A stretch of DNA of 64,000 nt from Eledone cirrhosa (taxonomy: Eukaryota): NCBI GenBank assembly GCA_964016885.1, contig OZ024762.1:29016001-29080000 (forward strand), in the 5' to 3' direction. Shown here piece by piece: positions 13,216 to 25,979 of the stretch; within the stretch, counting starts at the first letter, position 1, and each line of letters opens with the position of its first letter. The position numbers and the translations under genes were made by a program. The notes below the pieces were generated by a model, which saw only the letters and a program-made list of their open reading frames with translations, was not told the origin of the DNA and made no database searches.

Positions 13216-13599
13216 CAATGAATCCTTATATAACCCCCAAAACAGTTAGTATATAGTATTAGGTTAATATTTGAGCAATCAGATCAATAATAAAGTAATT
13301 ATTATTGGTTTCTTATATAAGCATAATTTGTGTGTGTGTGGGGGGGGGGTCTATTAAAGCGCTCCCTGTGTGTGACTGGTACTTTATTTTATCGACCCAG
13401 TAAGGATGAAAGGCAAAGTTAATCTGGGCGGGATTTGAACTCAGATCATAAAGGGCCGTAACTCTATGCTGCAAAGCATAAAGTAATTAATATTATGACT
13501 TAAACTCATTTGATATTTTGTAACAGTATTTATGCTGCACCCTGTATATATTTGTAAAGTAATGTTAGATATTTCTACTTGTTTGTTTTATTTTAACAG

Positions 13600-13737
13600 T
13601 GTGTAAAGCTGGTTATTTTGGTGTCCATTGTTCAAATCCCTGTAAATGCAAGGACAGTGCAAACTGTAACCCTAAAACTGGACACTGTCCAAACAACAAG
13701 TGTCTACCTGGTTTTACTGGTCATGACTGCCAAGCTT
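13600..13737 (+). CDS. 138-bp EGF-like exon
   Basis: TTTTAACAG acceptor and GTTAGT donor; VCKAGYFGVHCSNPCKCKDSANCNPKTGHCPNNKCLPGFTGHDCQA. Confidence 0.9.
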
Positions 13738-13779
13738 GTTAGTATGCTTATTTTAAACTGTAAATGTTCATTTATTAAC

Positions 13780-14650
13780 AGCGTGCCTCCTGATGTGCCA
13801 TGTGTGCCTCTGATGTTTCCAGTCTGCCTCTGATGTTCCCAGTCTGCCTCTTGTGTTCCCAGTGTGTCTCTGATATACCTAGTGTGCCTCTGATGTACCT
13901 ACTCTGCTTCTGGTGTTCCCAGTATGCCTCTTGTATTCCCAGTGTGTCTCTGATGTGCCAACTGTGCCTCTGATGCTCCCAGTCTGCCTCTTGTGTTCCC
14001 AGTGTGTCTCTGATATACCTAGTGTGCCTCTGATGTACCTACTCTGCTTCTGATGTTCCCAGTATGCCTCTTGTATTCCCAGTGTGTCTCTGATGTGCTC
14101 AGTGTGCCTCTGATGTGCCAACTGTGCCTCTGATGCTCCCAGTCTGCCTCTTGTGTTCCCAGTGTGTCTCTGATATACCTAGTGTGCCTCTGATGTGCCA
14201 ACTGTGCCTCTGATGCTCCCAGTCTGCCTCTTGTGTTCCCAATGTGTCTCTGATATACCTAGTGTGCCTCTGATGTACCTACTGTGCTTCTGATGTTCCC
14301 AGTATGCCTCTTGTGTTCCCAGTGTGTCTCTGATATACCTAGTGTGCCTCGGATGTGCCTACTGTGCTTCTGATGTTCCCAGTGTGCCTCTTGTATTCCC
14401 AGTGTGTCTCTGATGTGCCCAGTGAGCCTCTGATGTTCTCAGTATGCCTCCTATGTACCTAGTGTCCACTGATATTCCAGTGTGCCTCTGATGTTCCCAC
14501 TGTGCTCCAATGTTCCCAGTATGCCAGTATGCCTCTAATATCCCAGTGTGCTTCTGGATGTTCACAGTGAGCCATTGTGCCTCTTGAGTACCCACTGTGT
14601 CTCTGATGTTCCCACTGTACCTGTGTGCTTCTAATTTTCCAAGTGTGCCA
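13780..14650. repeat. 20-bp minisatellite (CAGTGTGCCTCTGATGTTCC-like) with multi-unit blocks
   Basis: Columns repeat in register across the 60-bp lines. Confidence 0.92.
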
Positions 14651-14908
14651 GTGTTTCTCTAGCATAGTTTCTATTGTTGGATGCCCTTCCTAACACTACC
14701 TCACAGCATGTACTGGGTGCATTTCCTCATGGCACCACCTTTACCACATGCCAGGGTGGTCTTGCTACTTTTATCATGGTACCACACTAACACTTTACAG
14801 TATGGGCTGGATGCATTTTATCACAGCATCAAACACTTCCATTTTCCAGTGTAGGCTTGGTGCACTTTATCATGGCACCAGCACTACCACATTTCAACAC
14901 TGGGGTGT

Positions 14909-15113
14909 TTAACCCTTTAGCATTTAAACTGGCCATATCTGACCAGAATCCTCACACCTCTTTCTGTTGAAACCGGCCATAACTGGCCACTCATACTGAC
15001 ATTAAGGTATTCTTCTCAAAATAGATAAAATCAAAATCTCATATATTCGACATTATGAGATACTTATGTGAGGTAAAGCCTTTACCATGAAAATACAATA
15101 GTATATATAGAGT
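14909..15113 (-). mobile_element. piggyBac-type MITE truncated by an RTE insertion
   Basis: Starts TTAACCCTTTAGCATTTAAA and ends at GTATATATAGAGT, where the (CAT)n RTE tail begins. Confidence 0.85.
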
Positions 15114-18100
15114 CATCATCATCATCATCATCATCATCACCGTTTTACGTCCGTTCTTCCACGCTAGCATGGGTTAGACGGGTTGTCCTGTTGTGGGCAG
15201 TGTCTGGTCGGCTGACTATGCTTTGCTCATACAGGAACTGATTTGGCTTGATTTCTACAGCTGGATGCCCTTCCTAACACCCACCTCATTTACAGTGAGT
15301 GCTGGGTGCTTTTTCGTGTTGCCTACACGTCCACTTTACAGTGTGGGCTGGGTGCTTTTTTGCCGTGGCACCTCCACGACCACCTTGCGGTGGGAGGGTG
15401 TGGGCGCATATTGTCTATATGCTTCAGCTTGTACCCATGGGAGGTCGGGTACTCTGTATTACTGCGAGACGCCAGAGGTCACGGTCGTGTGTCATCGCCT
15501 TTGAGAGGTGGAATTGGGTAAGGTCGGTTTTTATCACCTCATCCCAGGTCATCTTGGGTCTCCCCACTCCGCGGTTTCCATCGACTTCTAGTGCTCTGCA
15601 CCTTTTTATGCAGCTGTCATCCTTCATACGCATCACATGTCCATACCAACGCAACTGCCTATCCTGCACACAGCATTTGTTTCCTCTTATGCTCAGTCTC
15701 TCTCTCAATTCATTTATGCTTTGTCGTTCGCGTATATTACTGTTACACATCCATCAGAGCATGCAGGCTTCGTTTCTCTCTAATCTAAGTAAGTCTTCCA
15801 CCTTCAGCGCCCAGGTCTCACTACCATGCAACATCGCTGTTCGGATACACGCATCATACAGTCTGCCTTTCATTTTGAGGGAGAAGCCTTTTGCAGCTAG
15901 CTGTGGTAGTAGTTCCCTAAGCTTCTTCCATCCCGTTCTTACCCTAGTTATTGTACTTTCTGAACACCCACCTCCGCTGCTAATTCGGTCACCTAGGTAG
16001 CAGAAGCTGTCTACTCTTTCTACAGAGCCCTCCCAGAGATTGGTGGTACTTGTTTCCTGTGGCTTTTTGCTGCGTGCTGTCCCAGCACAGCTGCTGCATG
16101 TGAAGCCTACATTCTTAATTAAGCTTCCTGAGATCCCGCTACATCTCTTGTGTACCCATTGTTTGCATTTGGGGCAGAGAATGGAGTTCCTACCTACACC
16201 TTTCCTACATACTGAGCAAGGCCATTTCCCTGAGGGGATCTGGGTTCTGTTTTCTCGTCTACTTACAAGGACCTGAGTCTTTATCATGTTGACTTTGAGA
16301 CCCTTTCTTTCTAGTCCCTGCTTCAAAGTTTGGAATTTCTTCTCTAGCTCTACCATAGATTCAGCTATAAGTGCGAGGTCATCAGCATACAGGAGTTCCC
16401 ATGGGCATCCGGTCTTAAACTCCTCCGTTATTGCCTGCACGACTATGATGAACAGGAGGGGGCTAAGAACAGAGCCCTGGTGGACCCCAACCTGTACGCT
16501 AAATTCCTCGCTATACTCATTTCTAATCCTAACTTTGCTGACTGCTCCCCTATACATGGCTTGTACCGCTTTCACAAGCCATTCATCTACTCCTAGTTTT
16601 CTAAGAGCCCATCAGATTACAGCACGTGGAACTCTGTCAAAGGCTTTCTCGAGATCGACAAATGCCAGGTAGAGTGGCTTACTTTTAGCTAGGTACTTTT
16701 TCCTGTAACTGCCTCACAAGGAAGAGGGCATCAGTGGTGCCTCTTCCTGGTACAAACCCAAATTGCATCTCGTCTAGTTTCACCCGGTCCCTAATCAACT
16801 GTGCTATAACTCTTTCTGTTACTTTCATGACCTGGTCCATCAGCTTTATACCTCTATAGTTTCCTCTATCCAGTGCATCACCTTTACCTTTGTAGCAGTT
16901 GACAATGATGCTACTGCACCAATCTTTTGGTATGATACCTTCTAGTATTACCTGGTTAACAATACGTGTGGTTATAGTGTGACCTACAGACCCAGATGCC
17001 TTCAGCATCTCGGCAGCTATACCCGATGGACCGGTTGCTTTCCCCATCTTCATATCTTTGATTGCCTTACTTACTACGCTGCTGCTGACTTGTACTGCTG
17101 GCCCCTCTATAGGGTCTACTTGGGGTAGGGTCTCTTCTTCCCATGCATTCTCCCCATTTAGTAATCTATCATAATGTCTCTTCCATGCATCTTTCTTCTC
17201 AGCACTTGTGAGGGCAAGCTCACCTTTATCATTCCGGATACACTTCTCTCCAATGACATCACAATTCTCTCTGACACACTGCCTCGCAATCTTGAACACC
17301 TCCTGTTTCTGGTCCTCACATTGCAAAACATGCTTGAATTTTCTATCCTCTGCCTCCCTCCTAGCTAAGTATACTTGTCGCCTAGCTTCCCTCTTGGTCT
17401 CTATGTAATGTACCCTGCTCCCCCCATTCTTCCATTCTTTCCATGCCTGTCTCTTGGCCTTAACTGCCTCATCTACCTTATTGTTCCACCACCAAGTCAT
17501 TCTCCTCCTGCTTGAGGTCTTACTCCAGCCACAGACCTCATCCGTCGCCTCTAGTAAGTTATTTTTTAGGAACTCCCAGTTCTGTTCCTCATTGAATGTC
17601 TCTATCTGTTCTTCTTTACTGTCGTAGGCGTTGAGTAAAATATCTTTAAATCTGTTACTGGTTGAGGGGTCTTTCAGCTTCCAGATCTTTCTTCTCCAGG
17701 TTGGCCTCTGTTTCCAGGTTCATCTAGTTCTGACCGTGAGGTCGCTGAAAACTAAGCTATGTTGGGATGTACATTCCTCACTAGGGAAGGCTTTTGTGTT
17801 TATGACCGTCCATCTGTCACGTCCTCTGATGAGGAAAAAATCTATCTGACTATAGTGCTCCCCTGATCTAGAGGTGATCAGGTGGTTGTCGGGTCTTTTG
17901 AAGTTTGTGTTACATATCGACATGTCATTGGCGTCGCAGAATTCTAGAAGTCTGAATCCTTCCTCATTTCTTGTGCCAACCCCATGGCCTCCATGGACTC
18001 TATTGAAGCCGTCGCAGTGTTTACCTACCTGTCCGTTAAAATCTCTTGCGATGATTAGGAAGTCATTGTCGTTTGTTAGAGCAGTAGTGTGCATTAGGGA

Positions 18101-19040
18101 CTCGTAAAACCTATCCTTAAGTTCGTCTGGCAACCCCGATTGGGGTGCGTAAGCTGATATTATTGTGGTAATTGTTTTATTCAGGACTAGTCTGAGTTTA
18201 ATGATTCTTGCATTTACCCTGTACACTGAGATTACTTTATCTACCCACTTGTCAGCTAGTAGTATACCTACACCACCCATCCCATCGTCATTTCCCACTC
18301 AGAAAAATTTGTAGCACCGACTTTTTCCTACAAGGACTCTAGCAGACTCTCTTCTCCATCTAGTCTCTTGCACACAGCATACATCAATTTCCTTTCGCTC
18401 TAGCATTTCTACGATTACTCCTGCTCTTCCTTTCATTGAGCCCACATTGATGGTACCAACTCGGAGTTTTGGGCATTTGTCGACACTCGTAGGGAAGGGT
18501 CTCTGGATGGGCGCTTCACATGGGTGCTTGGTAGCTCGCAGATTCATATTTCATCTATTAATTCAGAGTTGCTCAAATTTATTCTCAGCTCATCCATCCA
18601 TAACGGTAGGAAAATTCAGGGCTAGAAGAACAGTGGTGGTGGGATAATGGCAGGCTGTGTTGGGCTGGGACAGGGGAGGAGAGAGTTAGTTAGGTAGTAG
18701 TAGCAGAAGAAATGGCATGCTGAGGTTTGATTGGTCGAATAGGCTATGGTGGTGTGAGGGGGTGGGTGTGAGGGAAATTGTGAGGTAGGGAGAGAGGATC
18801 GTCGTCAAGATGGAAACTGGAACGAAGCCAAATCAACTCTAGTGATTCATTTTAGCCTTTCAGAATAGAGTGTCTTATCTCTTCAATAGCTTCAAGATGA
18901 GTGAGGTGGAATGGGTGAAGAGGGAACGGGAGGTAATGGGTGGCTTCGAGATAGATAGGGAGAGGGTAGCCATCATAGAGAGAGAGATAGAGAGGGGTAG
19001 CCATCATAGAGAGAGGGTCGCCGCATGGCAAAGTAGCCGA
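15114..19040 (-). mobile_element. Near full-length, disrupted RTE-clade LINE (APE + RT)
   Basis: ORF pieces 18547 to 15424 give APE motifs (CVQETRW, ISAYAPQ, SQIDF), RT motifs (NYRGIKL, QFGF, GVHQGSVLSP, YADD) and an RTE C-terminus (LRWYGHV); (GAT)n tail; stops and frameshifts. The 5' boundary is approximate. Confidence 0.92.
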
Positions 19041-19570
19041 TAGAATACATCAATAATTGTTTCTACTTTTGGCACAAGGCCAGCAATTATTCCAGTGCAT
19101 TACTGGTACTTTATTTTATCGACCCCGTAAGGATGAAAGGCAAAGTTAACCTCGGCGGGATTTGAACTCAGAATGGCAAGGGCCGTAACTCTATGCGTCA
19201 AAGCATGGCGTCCGACCCTCTACCGATACTGCCAATCCACTCAATAATAATAGACAGTCATGGCCTGTAGCCTTTGATGGAAAAATAGACAGAGACAGAG
19301 TCAGCATGGTCGGAGAATAACAAAGTAAATGCATTGTGGAGCTGAAATACCTTCATAAAATTTGTATGGATGGATGACTGGAACAAAGCCAAATCAACTC
19401 TAGTGATTCATTTTATTTATACATATATATATATATATATGCAAAAGTTTTATATAAAATTGTTGGGTTACAACAAGTAAATATTTTATAACTGATATAA
19501 AGCACTCGACAAGTTTTGGAGTAGATATACGATATTAAACAAATGGAAACTATATTTATAAAACCATATT

Positions 19571-19636
19571 TATTTCATTATACATATTTCGGGGATACCA
19601 TATTAAAAATATGGCATGCCTTCTTCAGATAAAATA
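19571..19636 (-). ncRNA. Type I hammerhead ribozyme-like motif
   Basis: Minus strand reads stem I TATTTTAT, CTGAAGA, a 14-position stem II with 2 mismatches, GAAA, quasi-palindromic TATGTA, TA, then ATGAAATA (8-bp stem I). Confidence 0.6.
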
Positions 19637-20111
19637 CAATATATAAACAGTTTTATAAATAATTTTGACGTACCATAAATATTGACCAACCGTTATGTAA
19701 AAAAGCTGGTTTGGTAGTGAGATGTTTACAAATATTAAGTGTTAAGCACAGTTAAAAAGAAAGACAGAGAAAAAGAAGAAATGTATGTAAAGAAAAACAG
19801 AGAAATAGAGAGAGATAGGGGAGAGAGAGATAGTGAGGAGGTGAAAAAAGAGAGGCAGCTGAGGCAACAGATGAATAATAATAATTCATCATACAAATTG
19901 AGAGATTTAGGAGGGAGGGTGTACTGTAATTATTTAGTTATAGTATTAAGGACAGTTGGGGAGGAGACGGAGAGAAAATAAGAAATGAAGAGAAAACAGA
20001 GAGAGAGAAAGATAGAGGTGGGGGGAGAATAGAGGTAGCCCAAATAATAATAATTATATATGGGGAGGTGAGAGAAATAGGAGAGAAATGAGAGAGAAAC
20101 AAGAGAGAAAC

Positions 20112-20199
<88 letters not shown>

Positions 20200-20299
20200 A
20201 TTCGAACGAACATAACTTACCATTCAACATATGAAATCCGCACTCTTACACAGACCACCGCAGAACTATAATATTCTTTAAACAGCTTCTAGCCTCCTT

Positions 20300-21398
20300 A
20301 ATTCTATACCACAGTAATGTCTGCAAATATCTTAACCCATAAATATAGAGAAACCACAACATTTAGAGAAGGATTTATCACAGACATCACAGTGATATGG
20401 TTCCTCTCCTGTATGTATATGTTGGTGTCTAGTGAAACCACATTTACAGAAGGATTTATCACAGACATCACAGTCATATGGTTCCTCTCCTGTATGTATA
20501 TGTTGGTGTCTAGTGAAACCACATTTACAGAAGGATTTATCACAGACATCACAGTGATATGGTTCCTCTCCTGTAGATGTTAGTGTCTAGTGAAGCCACA
20601 ACATTTAGAGAATGATGTACCAAATATATCAAAGTGATATGGCTTCCCAACTGTATGTATATGTGTGTGTGTAGTTAATGTAACATTCAAAGAGAATGCT
20701 TTCCCTAAGATGTTACAATGATATGTATTTGTATTCTCATTAATTCACAAATTTGAGAGAAGGATTTATCACTGATGTCAATGCATTATGATTTCTCTTC
20801 TGCATGTATACATTTGTGAGTATTTAGGCTACTTTTCCCAGAGAATGATTTACCACAGATATCACAGTGATATGGCTTATCACCTGTATGTATACGTTTG
20901 TGAGTAGTTAAGGTACCTCTTTGAGAGAATGATATACCACAGATATCACAGTGATATGGCTTCTGTTCTCTAACCTTTGTCATCTCACCAGCAATACTAA
21001 ACACTTTAGATTGTGTTTCACATTCACTTCTTTGTCAATTTATTTGGCATAATGATTTCTTCTTCAACAGAATATACAGATGTTTTTCTTGTAATATTTT
21101 TTATATTATATTTCTTATAAAATATTCTTCTATATTTCCCTCAACTGTGATTTCAGTTAATATCTGAAGATAACACAAACTTCTGTTTCATCCAAGTTTA
21201 GTTAAAATACAAAACCATCTTATAGTGAAGAAAATAAACTCAGTTTTGAGGAAATATTTCACACTAATTGAACTATAGATTTATATAAACAGTGTTATAT
21301 AAGTTCTGTTTAGAAGGTTTTAGTCTTCAAATGATGAGAAATAGAGATGATGTATCCAAGATTGAAAATATTAATTTATCCCAATGTCATCTGATATT
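20300..21398 (-). pseudogene. C2H2 zinc-finger gene remnant, antisense to the EGF gene
   Basis: [53 protein letters not shown], followed by stops, frameshifts and further decayed fingers; candidate minus-strand acceptor TTTCAG ending at 21399. Confidence 0.8.
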
Positions 21399-22645
21399 CT
21401 GAAATAAGAAAGAAACAGTATGAGATAATAGAGAATACTTTAGAAGCAGAGATAGATTTAACAGTGGAAATGTTATATTTCTATATTGGTAAACTGTAGA
21501 TATCAACATTCTGTCCAGAGAAATTCTCTCCAATGTGAGCAGTGGTATTCCAGCATGCTCTATAAATTATATCCTTCTATCACTTCAGAGGTCTGCTCTA
21601 TGGCAGTTTAGCAAAAAATGCATTCTTATAGGACTTATAAGAAAGTAACAGTATGAGATAATAGAGAATACTTAAAATGCAGGGATAGATTTAACAGTGG
21701 AAATTTTACATTTTCACCATATTTCCTAGCATCGAAGACATTACTTTTTCCCTAATATAAGTCCAAAATATCTACCATATGTCCTGGAGGCCGAAGGTTG
21801 ATTATTATTTTTTTTCAAAAATTGGTCGTCATTGGCACCAGTAAGTACGGTACATTGGTAAACTGTAGAAATATACCTGCGTCAGATTTACTTATTCATA
21901 TAAACTAGCTACACCATCACTATAGCGGGATCATCTAGTACAGGGCCCCAAAACTGTGGTAACCTCGTGAGATGAGTTTGGAGCAGCTGACTGGCTACCC
22001 CTCCTCACAGTGGTGCCACCCAGTACCAGGCCCCCAAAATTATAGTTCCACTGTGAGATGAGTTCACTGCAGCCAACTGGCCTGTCCCTCCTCATAACAG
22101 AGCCATCCAGTTCCACACTGTAAACATGGTTGATGTTAGGAAGGGAATCCAGCTGTAAAATACCCCACCAAATTTACAGACCTCACCTGAGCAAGGTGCG
22201 ACACATGGCCAACCCTGGCCAGACTTGCCTCCTGGCGTGGATGACCCGTCTAACCCATGCAAGAATGGAAAAATGGACGCTAAATGGTGATGATATATAC
22301 ATGCATATATATATATATATCACCCACACTGGACGTGTAGAAGACAGCAAAAAAGCATCCAGCCCACACTTGCCTCTAAATGGGACCCGTCTAACCCATA
22401 CTAGTGTGGAAGATGGACGTTAATTGAAGATGATGATGATGATATATAATTAAATGTTGTAGTTTGTTTGAAGCATTCTATATAAAATATAACGTTGAAA
22501 GAGATAGAAGGCTAAACAATGCAAAATGGACAATAAGATGAGGTAAGGAAAAGTAAAAGTTACCTGGTAATCTTTGTTTTGTTTTTTTGTTGTTGTTCTT
22601 TTATCTGTCCAATATTTCGGGACCTAAAAGTCCTTTCTTCAGGGT

Positions 22646-23122
22646 TTAAGCCTTTGACATTTACATTACTCTATATATACTATTATATTTCCATGGTAAT
22701 GTCTTTATCTCACATAACATTTACATTACTCTATATATACTATTATATTTCCATGGTAATGTCTTTACCTCACATAATATCAAATCTGATATTATTTATA
22801 TTGAGAACAATACTTTAACATCAGTATGAGTGGCCAGTTACGAGTGGTTTAAAAAGAAAAAGAGGACAGAACTCTGGCCAGTTATTGCCGGTTTAAATGT
22901 TAAAGGGTTAACCCTTTAGCATTCACATTATTTTATATATACTATTATATTTTCATGGTAAAGGCTTTATCTCACATAATATTGAATCTATCAGATTTTG
23001 AAAGTATTTATTTTGAGAACAATACCTTAACATCAGTCTGAGCGACCAGTTACAGTCAGTTTCAACAGAAAGAGGTAGAGAATTCTGGCCAGTTTGGGCT
23101 GGTTTGGACACTAAAGGGTTAA
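22646..23122 (+). mobile_element. Two tandem piggyBac-type MITEs sharing one TTAA (22908-22911); the first has an internal 60-bp duplication
   Basis: AAAGGG-TTAA-CCCTTT junction; the unit CATTTACATT...CTCACATAA starts at both 22658 and 22718. Confidence 0.85.
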
Positions 23123-23220
23123 GCAACTTTCAGTGGATAATGTTCCAATTTCCTCTCTTTGGGATTAAATTTTGATTTTGATTAACATTTTTTCTAAGTT
23201 GTTTTCAAGCATTTTATAAA

Positions 23221-25480
23221 ATTGATGGAAGCTATGAAGTAGGAAGACCTGGGATGAGGTGATAACAGCTGACCTGACACAATTGATGGAAGCTATAGAG
23301 TAGGAAGACCTGGGATGAGGTGATAAAAGCTGACCTCACACAATTGATGGAAGCTATGAAGTAGGAAGACCTAGGATGGGGTGATAAAAGGTGACCTCAC
23401 ACAATTGATGGAAGCTATGAAGTAGGAAGACCTGGGATGAGGTGATAAAAGCTGACCTCACACAATTGATGGAAGCTATAGAGTAGGAAGACCTAGTCTG
23501 AGGTTATAAAAGCTGACTTCACACAATTGATGGAAGCTATGAAGTAGGAAGACTTGGGATGAGGTGAAAAAGCTGACCTGACACAATTGATGGAAGCTAT
23601 AGAGTAGGAAGACCTGGGATGAGGTGATAAAAGCTGACCTCACACAATTGATGGAAGCTATGAAGTAGGAAGACCTGGGATGAGGTGATAACAGCTGACC
23701 TCACACAATTGATGGAAGCTATGAAGTAGGAAGACCTAGGATGACGTGATAAAAGCTGACCTGACACAATTGATGGAAGCTATGAAGTAGGAAGACCTGG
23801 GATGAGGTGATAACAGCTGACCTCACACGATTGATGGAAGCTATGAAGTAGGAAGACCTAGGATGACGTGATAAAAGCTGACCTGACACAATTGATGGAA
23901 GCTATGAAGTAGGAAGACCTGGGATGAGGTGATAAAAGCTGACCTGACACAATTGATGGAAGCTATAGAGTACGAAGACCTAGTCTGAGGTGATAAAAGC
24001 TGACTTCACACAATTGATGGAAGCCATGAAGTAGGAAGACCTGGGATGAGGTGATAATAGCTGACCTGACACAATTGATGGAAGCTATAGAGTAGGAAGA
24101 CCTGGGATGAGGTGATAAAAGCTGACCTGACACAATTGATGGAAGCTATGAAGTAGGAAGACCTGGGATGAGGTGATAAAAGCTGACTTCACACAATTGA
24201 TGGAAGCCATGAAGTAGGAAGACCTGGGATGAGGTGATAAAAGCTGACCTCACACAATTGATGGAAGCTATAGAGTAGGAAGACCTTGGATGAGGTGATA
24301 ACAGCTGACCTCACACAATTGATTGAAGCTATGAAGTAGGAAGACCTGGGATGAGGTGATAAAAGCTGACCTCACACAATTGATGGGAGCTATGAAGTAG
24401 GAAGACCTAGTTTGAGGTGATAAAAGCTGACCTCACACAATTGATGGAAGCTATGAAGTACGAAGACCTGGGATGAGGTGATAAAAGCTGACCTCACACA
24501 ATTGATGGAAGCTATAGAGTAGGAAGACCTGGGATGAGGTGATAAAAGCTGACCTCACACAATTGATGGAAGCTATGAAGTAGGAAGACCTGGGATGAGG
24601 TGATAACAGCTGACCTCACACAATTGATGGAAGCTATGAAGTAGGAAAACCTGGGATGAGGTGATAAAAGCTGACTTCACACAACTGATGGAAGCTATGG
24701 AGTAGGAAGACCTGGGATGAGGTGATAACAGCTGACCTCACACAACTGATGGAAGCTATGGAGTAGGAAGACCTGGGATGAGGTGATAAAAGCTGACCTC
24801 ACACAACTGATGGAAGCTATGGAGTAGGAAGACCTGGGATGAGGTGATAACAGCTGACCTCACACGATTGATGGAAGCTATAGAGTAGGAAGACCTGGGA
24901 TGAGGTGATAAAAGCTGACCTCACACAATTGATGGAAGCTATGAAGTAGGAAGACCTGGGATGAGGTGATAATAGCTGACCTGACACAATTGATGGAAGC
25001 TATGAAGTAGGAAGACCTGGGATGAGGTGATAACAGCTGACCTCACACAATTGATGGAAGCTATGAAGTAGGAAGACCTGGGATGAGGTGATAACAGCTG
25101 ACCTGACACAATTGATGGAAGCTATGAAGTAGGAAGACCTGGGATGAGGTGATAACAGCTGACCTCACACAATTGATGGAAGCTATGAAGTAGGAAGACC
25201 TGGGATGAGGTGATAACAGCTGACCTCACACAATTGATGGAAGCTATGGAGTAGGAAGACCTGGGATGAGGTGATAAAAGCTGACCTCACACAACTGATG
25301 GAAGCTATGGAGTAGGAAGACCTGGGATGAGGTGATAACAGCTGACCTCACACGATTGATGGAAGCTATAGAGTAGGAAGACCTGGGATGAGGTGATAAA
25401 AGCTGACCTCACACAACTGATGGAAGCTATGGAGTAGGAAGACCTGGGATGAGGTGATAACAGTTGACCTCACACAATTG
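23221..25480 (+). repeat. 61-bp minisatellite (about 37 copies) derived from RTE coding sequence
   Basis: Unit ATTGATGGAAGCTATGAAGTAGGAAGACCTGGGATGAGGTGATAAAAGCTGACCTCACACA resembles the reverse complement of 15510-15585; RTE sequence continues at 25480-25550. Confidence 0.9.
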
Positions 25481-25979
25481 CACTTCTCAAAGACAATGAC
25501 ACAGGATCGAGATCTTTGGTGTTATACAGTAATATAGAAGACCAGCCATCCCTAGCATTGGTATCAATGACTCCCACATGGACATCAATACACATTACTA
25601 TATACAAACCTAACATATCGAAGACCTCTGTCGGTCAAGAATGACCATGTGATTTGCAACTAGAAAGTTCCCTTCTGAGGCACAAGTCCAGTTGTTTGAG
25701 GAAGACCAGCAGTCACCCAAGTATACCAGTCTACCCTCTCCACGCCACCGATGTTGTCCAAGGGAAAGGTAATGGCTGATACAGCTTGGTACCAGTTACA
25801 TCACTACATATATATATACTATATATATATATCATATATACACTGTCTACAGTATATATACACAATATATATATTATATATACACTGTGTACAATATATA
25901 TTATACGCTATATATGTTGTCCAAGGGAAAGGCAATGGCTGATACAGCTTGGCACCAGTGACATCACAACATATATATA

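Noticed and set aside
22601-22645. Minus-strand CTGAAGA-hairpin-GAAA hammerhead-like motif
   Set aside because: Stem II is out of register and no stem I/III or cleavage triplet can be formed; at best a decayed remnant.
23221-25480. CRISPR-like appearance of the regular arrays (also 42409-42696 and 57240-64000)
   Set aside because: There are no unique spacers and no cas genes, the context is eukaryotic, and the monomers trace to TEs.
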